Notes: generated by a model not told the origin, from the sequence alone. 64,000 bases of DNA from an archaeon (GCA_038046625.1 JBBSVV010000003.1:8993-72992); one strand, 5' to 3'. Positions 18,311-27,751 are shown, numbered from the stretch's first letter. Program-made: numbers and translations.

Positions 18311-18424
18311 ATGGTCGAAATTCCGATTCCAAACAAAGAAGAAATAGATTTAGCAGTAGAGGCTGAAGAGTTGACGGACAGGGAACTGTGGATTCTTAGC
18401 AAGTTTGGAGGTGATTTTGAATGA
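18311..18424 (+). CDS. Small acidic protein (37 aa) coupled to the endonuclease
   Basis: GGAGGTG RBS, MVEIPIPNKEEIDLAVEAEELTDRELWILSKFGGDFE; ATGA overlap with the next gene. Confidence 0.6.
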   Translation: MVEIPIPNKEEIDLAVEAEELTDRELWILSKFGGDFE

Positions 18425-19260
18425 ATCTCGCATCGGCAATCAGCCCTCTAAAATTGTATAATAATGCTTCAGAAGTACCTGCCATTATGGGCTTTGATTT
18501 TTCGTCAGATTTGGCCGAGGTTTGCGGCATCCATGCGGGCGACGGATACCTTCGTAATGACGGAAAAAGAAGGGAGCTAGACATCAGCGGCGGCATTGAT
18601 GAAAAGGAATATTATGATTCGCATGTCGTGCCTCTTTTTGAACGAGTTTTTGGAATAAATATTACTCCAAAATTTTTTCCAAAACGTCATACTTACGGTT
18701 TTGTAATTCGCGACAGAAACATTGTTGAGTTTATGCACTCGCTTGGGTTTCCTTATGGGGCAAAAACTTTCACAGTTTCAGTTCCTGAATTTGTTTCCAA
18801 TTCCAAAAATTTGGATATACTATATAGTTTCATTAGGGGCGCTTTTGACACAGATGGTTGCCTAGCTTTTCAAAAGAAAGTGGGAAGCGGCTATAAAAGT
18901 GAAGTAAAGAGGAAGCACTCCTTTCCTGTAGTTCAGATAAGTATCTGCTCTAAACCATTTTGTGATGGGCTGTGTTCACTTTTCAGGAAAACCGGTTTTA
19001 ACTGCAAAGTTGTCATGCAGAAACCTACTTATGACTATCAACACGTGAAATATGCCTTGTATTTGAGGGGTTATTCTAATCTTAAAAGTTGGATGCGCAA
19101 CATTGGGTTCAAAAATACTTCAAAACTATCGCGCTATGAGGTTTGGGAGAAATTCGGTTTTTGTCCTACTAACATTTCTTTTGAGCAGAGAAAACAAATA
19201 TTAAATAATGAACTTGACCCCAATTCCTTCTATAAGCATGGGCTCGTCGCTAACGGATAA
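18421..19260 (+). CDS. Free-standing two-motif LAGLIDADG homing endonuclease
   Basis: LAEVCGIHAGDG and FIRGAFDTDG; no intein splicing blocks; own GGAGGTGA RBS; AT-rich. Confidence 0.92.
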   Translation: MNLASAISPLKLYNNASEVPAIMGFDFSSDLAEVCGIHAGDGYLRNDGKRRELDISGGIDEKEYYDSHVVPLFERVFGINITPKFFPKRHTYGFVIRDRNIVEFMHSLGFPYGAKTFTVSVPEFVSNSKNLDILYSFIRGAFDTDGCLAFQKKVGSGYKSEVKRKHSFPVVQISICSKPFCDGLCSLFRKTGFNCKVVMQKPTYDYQHVKYALYLRGYSNLKSWMRNIGFKNTSKLSRYEVWEKFGFCPTNISFEQRKQILNNELDPNSFYKHGLVANG

Positions 19261-19310
19261 GCACCCCGCCTTCGAAGCGGGCGATGAGGGTTCGAATCCC
19301 TCCGAGCCCG
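19240..19310 (+). tRNA. tRNA-Arg (TCG), atypical D-arm
   Basis: Acceptor gggctcg/cgagccc, anticodon arm cccgc-cttcgaa-gcggg, T arm gaggg-ttcgaat-ccctc; CCA not encoded. Confidence 0.85.
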
Positions 19311-19488
19311 CTGCACTTTCACGCAGAATCCTTGATTCTGCTGAAACCTGCACTAAAAAGAAAGAGTGCCGGAAAAAGAAAAGACCCCTGTTTCTGGCTC
19401 GGCAAGCCGTGCTTGGCCGGTTTCAATGTGGCCAGGGCTCGCTTTCTTTTAGGCAAGGAATTAATACTCGCAAGTAGTTGTATTTTTG

Positions 19489-19971
19489 ATGAAGCCAAAA
19501 ATATTGCCGCGTGCAAGAAAGTTTTTGAAAAGGCATAAAGGGAAACTAATTATCCCAGTTGGCCTTGGTATTGCGGTTGCGTCCGCTTCTTTTGGCCCGA
19601 AGTTAATTGAGCGCGGTGCAGATTACTTGAACGCGCGCAAGGCGGATGCGATGAGGCAACACAGGCTTGACCTTACCGTTGAGCGGGGGAGGTTTGTTAA
19701 TGAATTTTTTTCAAAGACCGGCGCTGTTCCTGAATCGAGAGAAGATTGCAATGCCCTCTGGGCATATTATTACAATAAAAGCCCCGCCCTGAAAGGCCTT
19801 TGGGAGCCAATTCTCAAAAAAACAAGGGAGGAAAAGCTCCGTGACCGCGTTTTTGTGCAGGAGTTCGGGGATGCAGGCCTGGAGTTTGAATTGGCGGTTG
19901 TGAGGGAAGCGCAACCGGAATTTTTTAAAAAGGCGCTTGCTTTGGACAAAGGCGCAGCGAAAAAGAAATGA
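19489..19971 (+). CDS. Hypothetical protein, basic N-terminus plus one hydrophobic helix
   Basis: ORF composition only. Confidence 0.6.
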   Translation: MKPKILPRARKFLKRHKGKLIIPVGLGIAVASASFGPKLIERGADYLNARKADAMRQHRLDLTVERGRFVNEFFSKTGAVPESREDCNALWAYYYNKSPALKGLWEPILKKTREEKLRDRVFVQEFGDAGLEFELAVVREAQPEFFKKALALDKGAAKKK

Positions 19972-20027
19972 ACAACCCAAAACAATCCACTGCCTTTAGG
20001 CGTGGGTAATTCACTTTTATTGCATGT

Positions 20028-21416
20028 TCAGTAATCCAAAAATTCTTCTTTTCCTTTCAAGTACGCAGTAAGGAACTGCTGGAAACCCTTGTTCTTTTTG
20101 TAAAGCGCGGCGATTTCCTTTTCGCTCATTATTTTCGCGTTTTTTCCGAGTGCTTTTCCCATCGCTTCTTTCTCGGCCCCCCTGAGTTTTTTCAGGAGCT
20201 GCGAAAGGAATGCCTTGAGTTCCGTGTGTTTGCGCTGCACTTCGATTATCCAGCGCCCTTTCTCTATGCGCGGCCCCGCGAGCATTTGTTTGTGTGCGGA
20301 GAGGAACGCTTCGGAATTTTTTTCGTCGAACGCTTCAGGCCCGATTTTTACTTCTGCTTTCTGGAGCTCCGTTGATTCCACCTCGAATAGAATAACCATT
20401 TGCTTTTCCTTTTCCAGCCACTCGGAACTTCGCTTCACTTGGAACCCCCCGAGTTCGGAGAATGTCCTGATTTTGTGCGAGAATCTCCTCAATTGCCCCC
20501 ACATGATGTCCTCAATAACCCCTTTCGGATAGGATAGCGAGATTGCAATTAGCTCGGTTTTTTTCAGGAATTGCTTTAGTTTTGCCTGGCTCCATGCAGA
20601 GTGTTTTTTCGGGAAGAAAAAATTGATTGAGGGCTTTTTCATGAATGCTCTTGATGCCGCTATGAAGCGTGCGTACTGGTTTAATGAAAGTGCCGCGGCA
20701 ACATTCCTGTTCCTGTCCACTGGATCAACCACTGTAAAATGCCAGCCGAATTTTTTTTGGGCATCCCCTTTCGCATAATAGTTTTCGATGTCAATTGCTT
20801 CGCCATTTTTCCAGTGCGCCGCCGCTTCAAGTGCTTTTGCGAATGACCCGTATTTCAGCACAAGCAGTTCAGCAACGTAACCCGGGAAGCTGTTCGAGCT
20901 CAAATCGGCTCCGTAGCACTTTATTCCTTTCATGAATTGCTTCAGCAGGCGCGCCTCTCCTCTATGGCGCTCCTCCATTTTTTTTACCAGGTAATTGTTG
21001 TGCAATACGCTTCTGTCTACTGCGCTCTGCATCAGCGATGAATCGGCAATGTTGTATGATGGCACAATTTCCACCCTGAAGCCGTTTATTTCTCCGCGTA
21101 TGTAGGGGTGTTCTGAATATGCCTTTTCCCACGTGTGCCCCCTGAAAACGGCTTTTCCTATGCGCAGGCCTTCTTCCTCGAATTCTTTGCGCGGAAGCTC
21201 TTTCGGGTAGAGGACAAATATGTCAAGGTCCCGGTCATTCCTCAAATGCGTATTGCGTGCAATGCTGCCGACAATTTCGACTTTTTCGTGGCTGCCCTTC
21301 ATTGCCATTATTTGTGCCGCGATTTTTTGGGCCAGTTTTTTTTCTTTTGCCAGTTCCTGCTTTGCAGGGGTGATTTTTTTGAGGGTTTTGGCAAGAATCT
21401 GCTGCAACGGAATCAC
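20028..21416 (-). CDS. cca: Archaeal class I CCA-adding enzyme
   Basis: VGSIARNTHL...DLDIF, YSEHPY, SAVDRS, DPVDRNRNVAAA. Confidence 0.95.
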   Translation of the reverse strand: MIPLQQILAKTLKKITPAKQELAKEKKLAQKIAAQIMAMKGSHEKVEIVGSIARNTHLRNDRDLDIFVLYPKELPRKEFEEEGLRIGKAVFRGHTWEKAYSEHPYIRGEINGFRVEIVPSYNIADSSLMQSAVDRSVLHNNYLVKKMEERHRGEARLLKQFMKGIKCYGADLSSNSFPGYVAELLVLKYGSFAKALEAAAHWKNGEAIDIENYYAKGDAQKKFGWHFTVVDPVDRNRNVAAALSLNQYARFIAASRAFMKKPSINFFFPKKHSAWSQAKLKQFLKKTELIAISLSYPKGVIEDIMWGQLRRFSHKIRTFSELGGFQVKRSSEWLEKEKQMVILFEVESTELQKAEVKIGPEAFDEKNSEAFLSAHKQMLAGPRIEKGRWIIEVQRKHTELKAFLSQLLKKLRGAEKEAMGKALGKNAKIMSEKEIAALYKKNKGFQQFLTAYLKGKEEFLDY

Positions 21417-21471
21417 CAGTTTTATATACTAATAATTCTTACTATAAATACATTGTTTTTCTGGTGGTTGG

Positions 21472-23040
21472 TTGGCTTCCGAGTTCAAGGAGTTCAGGGG
21501 CCCAAAGATAGATTCCTATGGGGTTGTCGAGATTTATGAGGGCTTCCCGTTTTTCTATTATGACATAAAGGACCCGAGCCTGAATGAGGAGGAAAAAATC
21601 ATCCGTGAATCCCTGGTGCATTTGATTCTCGGCAACTGGAGTTTTGAGGAGGTCACTTCGCAGTTGGGAAAGCTTTTCAGCAAGCGTTTCGTGGACATGT
21701 TCAGGGAGAAGATTATCCAGCCGATTACTTACAATGACGCGCTTGAAACACTTTTGCGGGAAACGGAATTCGAGGCAATGAAGCTGGCGATGATTGCGCT
21801 TTTCACAGAGTTTTTGCCGCCCGTGAAGAGCCATGCCGTCCTTGCGGAAACAATTTTGGGGGACGCGATTGGCTACGCCAAGCTCTCCCCATTGGTTCTT
21901 GATGATAACCTTGAGGAGATAATGGTCAACGGTTACGAGACCTACGTGTTTGTTTTCCATAAGCGTTATGGCGTGTGCAAAACAAGTGTCGAGTATAAGC
22001 ACAAGAAGTCCCTCGATGCTTTGCTGCAGAAGATTGCGAAAACTGTCGGGAAAAAGTTCGATGCCGAGCATCCTTTGCTGGATGCGCGCCTGCCTGACGG
22101 AAACCGCGCTAATGCGACGTTCCCGTTTGTTACTCCGTTCGGGCCGTCACTTACAATACGAAAGTTTTCCGCCGTTCCTTTGAGCGTCATCGACCTTATT
22201 GCCAATAACACGATGTCGAGCGAGCTCGCGGCTTTTTTGTGGGTGATGGTTGAGGGCATGAACATCGAGCCGATGAACATGATTATTACCGGCGGCTCGG
22301 GCTCCGGAAAAACAACCACGCTTAATGCCTTGTCCACTTTCATAAAGTTCCACGAGCGCGTGATTTCAATAGAGGATACTCTCGAGCTTCATCTTGGCAG
22401 CAGGCAGAACTGGGTGCAGATGGAGTCCCGCCCTAAAATGAAGGGCCAGGAAGGGGTTTCGATGGATGATTTGCTGAAAAATGCCATGCGGATGCGCCCC
22501 GACAGGCTAATTGTGGGTGAGGTGCGCGGCAAGGAAGCGGAAACAATGTTTGTTGCAATGGATACCGGGCACAAGGGTGCATTGGGTACGCTGCACAGCA
22601 ATTCCGCAAAGGAAATGCTTTTGCGCCTCAAGGCGGACCCAATGGGGGTTCCCGAGTCATTGATTCCCCTGCTTGACCTGATTCTTGTGCAGTACAGGAT
22701 TTATGTGAAGGGCAAGGGCGTTGAGAGGCGCATAATGCAGGTTACTGAAGTGAGTTCCATGGATAAGCAGGCTTTGCTGAGCAACATTTATGAGTGGGAC
22801 AGGAAAACCGATTCAATCAAGCGCACTAATGTTCCAATGCACCTGATTGAGGTGCTGGCTTCGAAAACCCTTTCAACCAAGAAGGAGGTTGAGCGTGAGA
22901 TTCAAATCAGGAAAAACATCCTTGAGTGGATGCTTCGGAATAACATCCGCGCAAACCCCGAGGTCGAGGTAATAATACAGCGCTACTATTACGACCCCGA
23001 AACTTTGCTGGAGCAGGTTCTTTCGGACAAGGCAAAGTAG
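21472..23040 (+). CDS. CpaF/VirB11 family secretion/pilus ATPase (intein-free paralogue)
   Basis: LDARLPDGNR, TIRKF, GGSGSGKTT, IEDTLEL, MRMRPDRLIVGEVRG, TGH, TLH. Confidence 0.93.
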   Translation: MASEFKEFRGPKIDSYGVVEIYEGFPFFYYDIKDPSLNEEEKIIRESLVHLILGNWSFEEVTSQLGKLFSKRFVDMFREKIIQPITYNDALETLLRETEFEAMKLAMIALFTEFLPPVKSHAVLAETILGDAIGYAKLSPLVLDDNLEEIMVNGYETYVFVFHKRYGVCKTSVEYKHKKSLDALLQKIAKTVGKKFDAEHPLLDARLPDGNRANATFPFVTPFGPSLTIRKFSAVPLSVIDLIANNTMSSELAAFLWVMVEGMNIEPMNMIITGGSGSGKTTTLNALSTFIKFHERVISIEDTLELHLGSRQNWVQMESRPKMKGQEGVSMDDLLKNAMRMRPDRLIVGEVRGKEAETMFVAMDTGHKGALGTLHSNSAKEMLLRLKADPMGVPESLIPLLDLILVQYRIYVKGKGVERRIMQVTEVSSMDKQALLSNIYEWDRKTDSIKRTNVPMHLIEVLASKTLSTKKEVEREIQIRKNILEWMLRNNIRANPEVEVIIQRYYYDPETLLEQVLSDKAK

Positions 23041-23528
23041 CGCGACCCATTTTGCGTGAGAACAGAGCGCATCAGGAAAACGGACTTCACTTCAAATTCC
23101 ATTTCGGGGCTTTCTCCTGAAATGGCATCCATCGCTTCCAGGAATTCTTTTTGTCCCGCGCTTCTGTTCCTCGCGAGCGTAATGTGCGCCGCGAACCTGT
23201 CTGATTTTTCCTCCAGTGCGGCGCAGATTTTTTCTGCGAGCATTGATGCCTCTTCCCCGCCTTTGGAGAACCCGAGCCAGATAACCCTTTTCCCGAACGC
23301 GCCTGTTTTTCCCGTGCGCATCCCGAATGCATCGAACCTTATTGCGTCGAATTTTTTCCTTATGTGAGTTGCCTCTTCATCGCTTTTTTCGCCGAGGAAG
23401 AGCATGGTAACGTGCAGGTTTTCTTTTTTTGTTTTGGAGAATTTTTCCCCGGGGATTTTTTGCAGAATCCTTGCGCTTATTTCGCTTTTGATTTCTTCGG
23501 GAATTTGTATTGCCGCAAACAGCCTCAT
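22989..23528 (-). CDS. thpR: RNA 2',3'-cyclic phosphodiesterase (2H family)
   Basis: MRLFAAI, two HxT motifs (LHVTM, AHITLAR). Confidence 0.92.
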   Translation of the reverse strand: MRLFAAIQIPEEIKSEISARILQKIPGEKFSKTKKENLHVTMLFLGEKSDEEATHIRKKFDAIRFDAFGMRTGKTGAFGKRVIWLGFSKGGEEASMLAEKICAALEEKSDRFAAHITLARNRSAGQKEFLEAMDAISGESPEMEFEVKSVFLMRSVLTQNGSRYFALSERTCSSKVSGS

Positions 23529-23588
23529 TGCTTTTTCACCGACCCAATCCATGCTGGGATCTAAGACCGTAGTTTAAGCGCGGGTGAT

Positions 23589-24185
23589 TCATTTTAGTGT
23601 TTTCCTGAATTCATTTTCGAGTGCGCGGAGCCTCGCGTAATTTTTTTCGAGCAATGGATTCGCCTTTTCGAGCAGCTTTTCAATGAACACCTTTTCTGCC
23701 AGTTGTTTCCCGTTTTCCTTTATTGGCAGGGCCATTGTTTCGGTTCCCTGGAGCTCTATGAGGAACTTGTCCTTCTGTGCCACCATTATGCCGCCCCTTT
23801 TTACCCCTGCTTTTTTCATTGCCTCAAGGACTGAGTTTGCGCCGCGGATGCTTTTGCACCCGATGTGCAGTATGAATGGGTCGAGCTTTAGCCAGAGCAC
23901 TCCGCCTTTGTTTTCCTCCACTCCTTCGATGAGTTCCTTTGCGCTTACTGTTCTGTGCCATTTCCTGTGGAACGCATTCTTGTTTTTTGCTTCCCCGTTT
24001 TTTTCGAGGAGTATTATGCGGCCGCTGCAGCAGCTTGATGTGTAGAACCCCGGTGTTTCCGCAACAAAGGAGCACAGGCCGATCATTTGTTCGTCCATTT
24101 TTCCCTGTTTCAGGGCGTTTCCGAAGGTTTTTCCGTGCCTCTCCTTTATCATCGCAAACCGCGTTTTTCGGCTTTTTTTCCGCAT
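23589..24185 (-). CDS. taw3: tRNA wyosine-derivative methyltransferase Taw3/TYW3
   Basis: YTSSCCSGRI, KWH, PFILHI. Confidence 0.9.
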   Translation of the reverse strand: MRKKSRKTRFAMIKERHGKTFGNALKQGKMDEQMIGLCSFVAETPGFYTSSCCSGRIILLEKNGEAKNKNAFHRKWHRTVSAKELIEGVEENKGGVLWLKLDPFILHIGCKSIRGANSVLEAMKKAGVKRGGIMVAQKDKFLIELQGTETMALPIKENGKQLAEKVFIEKLLEKANPLLEKNYARLRALENEFRKTLK

Positions 24186-24259
24186 TTTGTGGCCCTATAG
24201 GGTTTTGTCCGACCAATCGTTTTTTTATTCTTCTGTTGCTCATTTTTTCAGGTATTCGA

Positions 24260-25066
24260 ATGAAGGGTGCGTTTGTTCTGGCTTTTGTTGTTTTTGCTTC
24301 AGCTTCGGCTTTTGCTTCCATTTCAATGGTTTATCCTTCCCCAACTTTGATTGAGGATGCCTCCGTTGTGCAGCTGGGTTCGGTTGAGCCGGGGCAGGTT
24401 TTCGAGGCCGTTTTTTCCGACAACACCGGTTTCCAGAATACGGAGTGGGATGCCCTTGTAGTTGACCCGCAAACCCTTTCTTTGGGATGGAAAGTTGATT
24501 CCATTGGCAAGACTGACACTTCGCTTGTTGTGCGGGTCAGGGTGCCGCTCAATGCGCAGAGCAATGTGTACAATCTCGGGCTCGATTTTTACAGTTCGCA
24601 TGAGCCTGTGCTTCAGCAGTCATTCGTGATGAGGGTTGTTGTGAAGCAGCCGCTTATTTCAGCGGCTTTCTCCAAGAAATCGGTTGAAAGCATCATAGTA
24701 GTTGACTCGCCCGTTGTTTACGCTGTTTCGCTTTCCAATTCTTCTATTGCAAAGCAGGAAGTTGTTGTTTCCTCGAATTTGCCGCAGAACTGGTTTGCCA
24801 CACAGAGAATTGTGCTTGAGCCGAATTCCTCGAAGGACCTCGTGTTGGTTGTCACTCCAAAGGTTTACGGCCAGAGGACATTTTCCTTCAAGGCGGTTAT
24901 TCCTGAAAAGAGCCTTGTTGTGAAGAGCTTCACTTCGGAGCTGAATGTTAAGCCCACTTTGAAGGGAAAATTTGGTTCCGCATTTTCAGGCTTCCCGTTC
25001 TTCAACTTTGCGCTGCTGCCTTTCCAATTGTTCGATTCTTTCCTTGCGTTCGCGATGCCGAACTAG
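24260..25066 (+). CDS. Secreted/surface protein with signal peptide and C-terminal hydrophobic tail
   Basis: MKGAFVLAFVVFASASAFA signal; beta-rich body. Confidence 0.75.
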   Translation: MKGAFVLAFVVFASASAFASISMVYPSPTLIEDASVVQLGSVEPGQVFEAVFSDNTGFQNTEWDALVVDPQTLSLGWKVDSIGKTDTSLVVRVRVPLNAQSNVYNLGLDFYSSHEPVLQQSFVMRVVVKQPLISAAFSKKSVESIIVVDSPVVYAVSLSNSSIAKQEVVVSSNLPQNWFATQRIVLEPNSSKDLVLVVTPKVYGQRTFSFKAVIPEKSLVVKSFTSELNVKPTLKGKFGSAFSGFPFFNFALLPFQLFDSFLAFAMPN

Positions 25067-26775
25067 ATTTTTTTGGCCATGTAGCGGCCTTCCCTTGTGT
25101 ATCCGAGTTTTTTTGAGTAGTATTCCCTCGCGCCCACGCCGCTGATTACCAGCATTTTTTTTGCGCCGAATTTTTCTGACGCGATTTTTTCCGCCTCTTC
25201 CACAAGCTTTTTTCCGAGGCCTGTGTGCTGCCCACTTTTTTCCGCGCTTTTTTCCCCGAGCGCGAGTGAATTGCCGAACACGTGCAGTTCCCGTATGCAC
25301 GCGGTATTTGAATCGAATTCTTTCCTGAATGGCTCGAAAGGGTTCCTGAGGCGGCAGAACCCGAGCAGCAAATCGTTTTTTTCGTCCTCGAAGGAAATGA
25401 AAACTTCCGTGCCTTTGCTTGCTTCGTATTCCTTTGCGGCGAGCTTCGCTTCCCCTTCAATTTCCCTTCCTTTTACCGCGTTTATTCCGGCTTCCCGGGC
25501 GCGTATTTCCCTTGCGTTGATCCCTTTTTGCAGGATTTTTTTGTCCACTATCTGGCGCAGGTTATTTTTGTCAACTCCGGCCAGCGCGAGCTTTGTCGGT
25601 ATGTCGCGCTGTATCCTGTGTATTCTCGCGTACTCGGGAACGTATCTTTCCGATTCCGCAATTATTTCCGCCGCCTCATCCGTATTCAGGGGCGTGAATT
25701 TCCCGTTTTTGTAGAGCTGTGCAAGTGCAGTTCCCGGCATCACCATGCACGGGTAAATTTTCAGGCCGTCGGGCCTGAAATCAGGGTTCTGGAAAAGCTC
25801 CCTGAACATTTCAATGTCCTTTTCCTTCGAGCTCTTGGGCTGTCCCGGCATGATGTGATAAGTGACCTTCAATCCCGAGTCCTTGAGGAGCCTCGTTGCC
25901 TCAATCGAGTCCTCAACCGTGTGCCCGCGGTTCGTGTACTGAAGCACTTCGTTGTAAATGCTCTGCACTCCCAATTCAACCCTTGTGGTGCCCAGTTCAA
26001 GCATTTGGTTTATGTGCATTTGTTTGCTCCAGTCAGGTTTTGTTTCAATGCACATGGCCACTATCCTGACCGCGGCATTTTCGTTCCGGATGTGTTCCCT
26101 CTCAATGTTTGCAGGTTTTTTCATTGCGAGCATTTTTTCGCGCCGGGCTCCGGAAAATTTTTTGTGCGTTCCTTTTGAGAAGAATTCGTTGAATTTTTTT
26201 GCCGAGAATTTTCCCTGGAAAATGAAGAGTTCTGAGAAGTCGTTTGCGGCCTGGAACGCATTGGAAATGAATTCGTTTTGATATTCCTGCGGGAAGCTCG
26301 GGAAGGTTCCGCCCATGATTATGAGTTCGAGCTTTTGGGGATTGTGTGCGGTTGCGTAGTATTGCGAGAGCCTGTTAATTGTCTGGAGGTAAGCGTCGTA
26401 GGAATTGTTGACTGCCCTCATGGTTGCGGGCTCGTTTCCCGTGTATGATTGCGGCACCGAGCCGAAGAAACTATTCGGGCCGCCCGGGCAGTAAATGCAC
26501 GTGCCGTGGGGGCAGCTTATTGGCTTGGTCATTATGGCTACCGGAGCCACACCTGAAAGTGTCCTTAGCGGCTTTATTGATAGCATTTCGCCGAGCTTTT
26601 GCGAGGGCTCTTCCGCGTACGCGAGTATGTCCGGGTTGGACAGTATTTTTTCCATGCCAAGCCTTTTCCCTTCCGCGAGCTTGAGCCTGTTGAGCTGCTC
26701 TTTTTTCGTTATTTTGCCGGACTCTATGGCGCTTATTATTTTTTCCGCAAATTCCTGCCTTTGCCCCGGAGCCAT
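25063..26775 (-). CDS. elp3: Elp3 tRNA U34 carboxymethyltransferase (radical SAM + KAT)
   Basis: RTLSGVAPVA, CPHGTCIYCPGG, QSYTGNEP, ELHVFG, QHTGLG, ISGVGAREYY. Confidence 0.97.
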   Translation of the reverse strand: MAPGQRQEFAEKIISAIESGKITKKEQLNRLKLAEGKRLGMEKILSNPDILAYAEEPSQKLGEMLSIKPLRTLSGVAPVAIMTKPISCPHGTCIYCPGGPNSFFGSVPQSYTGNEPATMRAVNNSYDAYLQTINRLSQYYATAHNPQKLELIIMGGTFPSFPQEYQNEFISNAFQAANDFSELFIFQGKFSAKKFNEFFSKGTHKKFSGARREKMLAMKKPANIEREHIRNENAAVRIVAMCIETKPDWSKQMHINQMLELGTTRVELGVQSIYNEVLQYTNRGHTVEDSIEATRLLKDSGLKVTYHIMPGQPKSSKEKDIEMFRELFQNPDFRPDGLKIYPCMVMPGTALAQLYKNGKFTPLNTDEAAEIIAESERYVPEYARIHRIQRDIPTKLALAGVDKNNLRQIVDKKILQKGINAREIRAREAGINAVKGREIEGEAKLAAKEYEASKGTEVFISFEDEKNDLLLGFCRLRNPFEPFRKEFDSNTACIRELHVFGNSLALGEKSAEKSGQHTGLGKKLVEEAEKIASEKFGAKKMLVISGVGAREYYSKKLGYTREGRYMAKKI

Positions 26776-26834
26776 ATCCAGAACCCTGCTGCGAAAGGGT
26801 TTTATTTCTGCACAGCCTCCTTTGTGCGGTTGCC

Positions 26835-27143
26835 ATGGATGAGTATGAGGAGTTTGTGCAGTTCCTTGAGAATAATCCGGCGTATTACAAAATAATAAAT
26901 TCCGCGGTTTTCATGAGCCTCCTCACCATACTGAATTCGGCGCCGCGTTCTTTTTCCGAGCTCCTGAGGAGCAACCAAAATATTGAGGAGGAGGATCTTG
27001 AGACGATGCTCGCGGTTCTCGAGGCCCTTGAAATGGTGAAGCAGGCCAAATCGGCCGAAAACAGGGTTTTTTATGCGACCGAAAAAACCAGGGGAATGCT
27101 CTCGAAATTCGAGAAGGTCAAGGGCCGGTTCAGGGTTGCCTAA
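26835..27143 (+). CDS. Winged-helix protein
   Basis: PRSFSELL...LAVLEALEMV...FYATEK wHTH pattern. Confidence 0.7.
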   Translation: MDEYEEFVQFLENNPAYYKIINSAVFMSLLTILNSAPRSFSELLRSNQNIEEEDLETMLAVLEALEMVKQAKSAENRVFYATEKTRGMLSKFEKVKGRFRVA

Positions 27144-27207
27144 TTTCTTGGATTTTCTGCTTGTTTTATAAATATTATAAATATATTATATATTAAGGTT
27201 TTTTTTA

Positions 27208-27558
27208 ATGGGCAAAACGCTTTTGGCTGTTTTGGGCATCGGGAAGGGCACATGGGGGCATGTTGCCCGGCTTATTTCCGAGGAAAAGTTCGACAAGGTA
27301 CTGCTTATTTCCAACGAGTGGGGCAAGGAAAACTTTAAGCCGTTGAAGGAGTGCGACTGGATAATGATTAACAACCGCGCGGGCTTCGAGGTAATAAAGG
27401 AAGAAATCAAATCCAAGTTGCCTGAAAAGGATGATTTGGTGCTCTCGCTGATAAGCGGCTCCGGAAGGGAGCACATGGCTGTCCTTGCTGCCATAAAGGA
27501 CAAGAAGCTCGAATTCAGGATTGTTATCCTTACGGGCGAAGGAACCAAGTACTACTAA
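27208..27558 (+). CDS. Small Rossmann-like hypothetical protein (CARF-like pattern)
   Basis: LLAVLG first strand, DKVLLIS, LSLISGSGREHMA. Confidence 0.65.
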   Translation: MGKTLLAVLGIGKGTWGHVARLISEEKFDKVLLISNEWGKENFKPLKECDWIMINNRAGFEVIKEEIKSKLPEKDDLVLSLISGSGREHMAVLAAIKDKKLEFRIVILTGEGTKYY

Positions 27559-27562
27559 CACC

Positions 27563-27696
27563 TTTTTCTTTTCGTTGACGCGAAAAGAAACCGGGCAGAA
27601 CAAAAGTTCTGCACGGCCACGCAAAATCAAAAGATTTTGCATGGAAGCTGTACCAAAAAGAAAAGTGTAAGGCTGTGCCAAAAAGAAAGAGAACGG
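27563..27696. repeat. Composite palindromic repeat with two module B hairpins
   Basis: tttcttttcg/cgaaaagaaa; ccg-g-gcagaac..gttctgc-a-cgg; cca-c-gcaaaatc..gattttgc-a-tgg; ccaaaaagaaa twice; similar tracts at 18021-18070 and 19355-19390. Confidence 0.65.
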
Positions 27697-27751
27697 CTTT
27701 TGCTGTTTGGCAACAGTAACTATTTTTTATCTGTTCAGTTCCTTTAGTTTC

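Noticed and set aside
18152..19260. Endonuclease-encoding BHB or group I intron in the tRNA
   Set aside because: The ends can partly pair (tagcgccca with tgggctcgtcgcta), but the bulge geometry is not bulge-helix-bulge and no group I core was recognised. The downstream tRNA is complete on its own, and a spliced product would have an acceptor mismatch. Not formally excluded without RNA data.
22989..23040. 52-bp convergent overlap of thpR and the ATPase as an antisense regulatory feature
   Set aside because: Short tail-to-tail overlaps are common in compact genomes; several others occur in this window
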